Source: Bdellovibrionota bacterium FG-2 (GTDB taxonomy: Bacteria; Bdellovibrionota; UBA1018). From it: a stretch of 19,313 nt of DNA. Numbering within the stretch: position 1 is the stretch's first letter; each line of letters opens with the position of its first letter. This document shows, piece after piece, positions 17,238 to 19,313 of this stretch. The notes beneath the pieces were generated by a model. That model was not told where the DNA came from. It made no database searches and saw only the letters and a program-made list of their open reading frames with translations. The translations under genes and the position numbers were made by a program. The stretch spans positions 1-19,313 of the forward strand of contig JBBCAV010000245.1 of NCBI GenBank assembly GCA_051382305.1, written 5' to 3'.

Positions 17238-18380
17238 ATGTACTCCAGATTGTTTAAGCCGCCGTTGAACAAAAGTTTTTTTCTTTTCGGGCCTCGCGGC
17301 ACGGGAAAAACGACATGGATTAAGCAAAATCTGCCTGAGTCCGCTCTTCTCAATCTGCTTGATGACGAGCTGTATCGCCGTTTATTGGCGCGTCCAGAGT
17401 CGCTTCTCGATTGGGTTCCAAAATCGCAGCGCTCCAGGCCCATAGTGATTGATGAAGTCCAAAAGATTCCGGCGCTACTTAATGAGGTCCATCGGCTCAT
17501 TGAGGATGAAAAACTTGTTTTTGTCCTCACGGGCTCAAGCGCAAGAAAATTGAAAAGAGGGGCGGCAAATCTTTTGGCTGGCCGGGCTTATCGGTATGAG
17601 ATGTACCCTTTAACAAGCGTTGAAGCGCAAAAAGATTTTGATCTAAAGCACGCACTTCAACATGGGATGTTGCCCGCCATAAATACGGAACCTAATCCCA
17701 AAGCCTTCTTAAGCGCCTACGTCTCAACCTATCTCAAGGAGGAGATTCAGCAGGAGGGGTTGACCCGAAACCTTGCGGCTTTTGCTCGGTTTCTAGAAGT
17801 TGCCAGCTTTTCGCAAGCGCAGCCTCTCGTCGTCTCAAATGTCGCGCAAGACTGTCAGATTGAACGTAAAGTCGTCGAGGATTATTTTTCAATCCTGGAA
17901 GACCTCATGATCGCCGCGCGATTGCCCGTATTTTCAAAGCGGGCAAAGAGAGAGCTTTATTCCAAGAGTAAGTTTTACTTTTTTGATGCAGGAGTTTTTC
18001 AAAGTATTCGTCCAAAGGGGGCTTTGGATTCGACCGAGGAGCTTCAAGGCGCATCGCTTGAGACCCTGGTTTTTCAGGAACTTCGAGCCCTTAATTCTTA
18101 CCTCGAATGGGGGTATGATCTTTTCTATTGGCGCGCGAAATCGAAACATGAGGTCGATCTTATCCTTTACGGCGAAAAAGGCCTCCATGCCATTGAGGTG
18201 AAATCCTCGTCGCGCGTGAGAAAAGAAGACCTGGCTGGCTTAGAACTTTTTGCTTCAGATTATCCGGTGGCCTCTCAGACCCTCGTCTATTTGGGGCCCA
18301 AGCAATACGTCGAATCCGATATTCGAGTCATTCCTGCTGCTGATTTTTTTCAACAGACGAAAAGTCTTTTTGGAGCTTAA
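17238..18380 (+). CDS. AAA+ ATPase (AAA_14) with DUF4143 / C-terminal PD-(D/E)XK nuclease-like domain (COG1373-type)
   Basis: Walker A GPRGTGKT, Walker B IVIDEVQK, LTGSSARKL, LAGRA, KFYFFDAG, and LFYWR...EVDLI...AIEVKS. Confidence 0.92.
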   Translation: MYSRLFKPPLNKSFFLFGPRGTGKTTWIKQNLPESALLNLLDDELYRRLLARPESLLDWVPKSQRSRPIVIDEVQKIPALLNEVHRLIEDEKLVFVLTGSSARKLKRGAANLLAGRAYRYEMYPLTSVEAQKDFDLKHALQHGMLPAINTEPNPKAFLSAYVSTYLKEEIQQEGLTRNLAAFARFLEVASFSQAQPLVVSNVAQDCQIERKVVEDYFSILEDLMIAARLPVFSKRAKRELYSKSKFYFFDAGVFQSIRPKGALDSTEELQGASLETLVFQELRALNSYLEWGYDLFYWRAKSKHEVDLILYGEKGLHAIEVKSSSRVRKEDLAGLELFASDYPVASQTLVYLGPKQYVESDIRVIPAADFFQQTKSLFGA

Positions 18381-18528
18381 TTCTCTAAGACTGAGACTTT
18401 GAAACGAAAGGGCCTCTATTCATTCCCTCCAGGAATGATTCGCATTACTTCTATCTATTTTAGTTTATCCGCTTTTGTGATCATACACTGTATCAGAAAC
18501 GAAAACCTTTAATTTGAGGATCTCAGTC

Positions 18529-19068
18529 ATGTTCCAAAAGTCATTCTTAGTTTTGGTACTTTGCGCTCTTGTCACGTCTTCGGCTCTGGCTCCGAAGAGG
18601 GCTCACGCCGTTGTCGGACTTGCCACCGCCAACGTCCCTGCAATGATTGTGGGCGGCGCGCTGCTTGCGGTGGGTGGGGGCTTGGTGTTGGATGCGGCGA
18701 TCCCTCGCAAGCCTATCAATCCTGTGGGTGAGGTTTTGCGGGCATTTGTCGGCGCAGTCGAACTCCTTGCGGGCGGCACGCTCGGAATCGCAGGCCTTGT
18801 GGTTTTAGATCAAGAGGGATCCAAAGAAATAGCTTTTTCAGAGCTTTCGATTGAGCAAGCCACTGCACTGAGCGTGACGGATGAATCACGAGAAGTTTAC
18901 AACCAAGAACTTGAAGAGCTAAACGCGATCAAGGATTCTGTGGCCTCAGATCTCTCAGGCGATCAGCACCCCACAATTGAAAAATCAGCAGAACTTTGGA
19001 ACAGCTACAAAGCAAATCTGAGTCCCGCGACGCTTGAAGTGATGGGAAAAGTATTGAGCCAAAAATAA
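18529..19068 (+). CDS. Hypothetical exported/membrane protein with Gly/Ala-rich hydrophobic segments
   Basis: GAGGA RBS at 18516-18520 and ATG at 18529. Signal peptide ending AHA, two Gly-rich hydrophobic stretches, and an acidic helical C-terminus. Confidence 0.75.
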   Translation: MFQKSFLVLVLCALVTSSALAPKRAHAVVGLATANVPAMIVGGALLAVGGGLVLDAAIPRKPINPVGEVLRAFVGAVELLAGGTLGIAGLVVLDQEGSKEIAFSELSIEQATALSVTDESREVYNQELEELNAIKDSVASDLSGDQHPTIEKSAELWNSYKANLSPATLEVMGKVLSQK

Positions 19069-19106
19069 GTTGGAAATAAGTTACTGTATAGCTAGGGCGT
19101 AGCAAT

Positions 19107-19313
19107 TCAGCCCGCCGTGAAGCGCTTTGGATTCCCGGTTTTTGGTACCCTTTTCCAAGTAGGATTGAGCAGGCGGCGGCGCAATGGGCGCAGGGTCGGT
19201 GGGATCTCATTTGCGATTTTCGTGATCATCTCCTGGTGGGAAACATTGCTGAGCGCGATATCGATTTCATCCGCAGTGTGTTGGCCGCACAATAGCGGTA
19301 TCACGTAGACCAA
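19107..19313 (-). CDS. 3' end of a gene running off the window, probably a transposase
   Basis: Frame is open to the edge. The pattern LV..IP.L.G..T..EI..AL..V...P.TL...RRR.L plus a basic tail resembles, from memory, C-termini of unclassified large DDE transposases. Candidate end sequence CTAGGGCGTAGCAATT (19092-19107) abuts the stop. Confidence 0.45.
   Translation of the reverse strand: MVYVIPLLCGQHTADEIDIALSNVSHQEMITKIANEIPPTLRPLRRRLLNPTWKRVPKTGNPKRFTAG

Overview
Bacterial genomic window, by inference from a Bdellovibrionota/Oligoflexia-like deltaproteobacterium (CdnL-type CarD, the MCP signature [24 protein letters not shown], Cys-rich surface lipoproteins). The core is carD-cysS-uvrB and, about 7 kb downstream, uvrC with a divergent zinc-ribbon/Tudor-like gene. 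Accessory genes are a lipoprotein + OmpA-family pair, a rubrerythrin-like protein, a GT-C-like membrane protein behind a large Ig-repeat/LamG lipoprotein, a stand-alone Cache protein + MCP, an AAA+/DUF4143 ATPase-nuclease and a secreted hypothetical. Both window edges look like mobile-element ends. On the left, a repeat-structured terminus resembling a RIT (recombinase-in-trio) end cuts a glutathione peroxidase gene at its catalytic WNF motif. On the right is the 3' end of a probable transposase. The best novel-system candidate is a UvrC that lacks its C-terminal HhH DNA-binding domain and lies head-to-head with a Zn-ribbon + PcrA/UvrD-CTD-like Tudor protein. Other points are a broken start codon on the Cache gene, a palindromic operator over a leaderless promoter of the ATPase, and a structured RNA candidate upstream of carD. 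All family calls come from motif recognition by eye; no searches were run.
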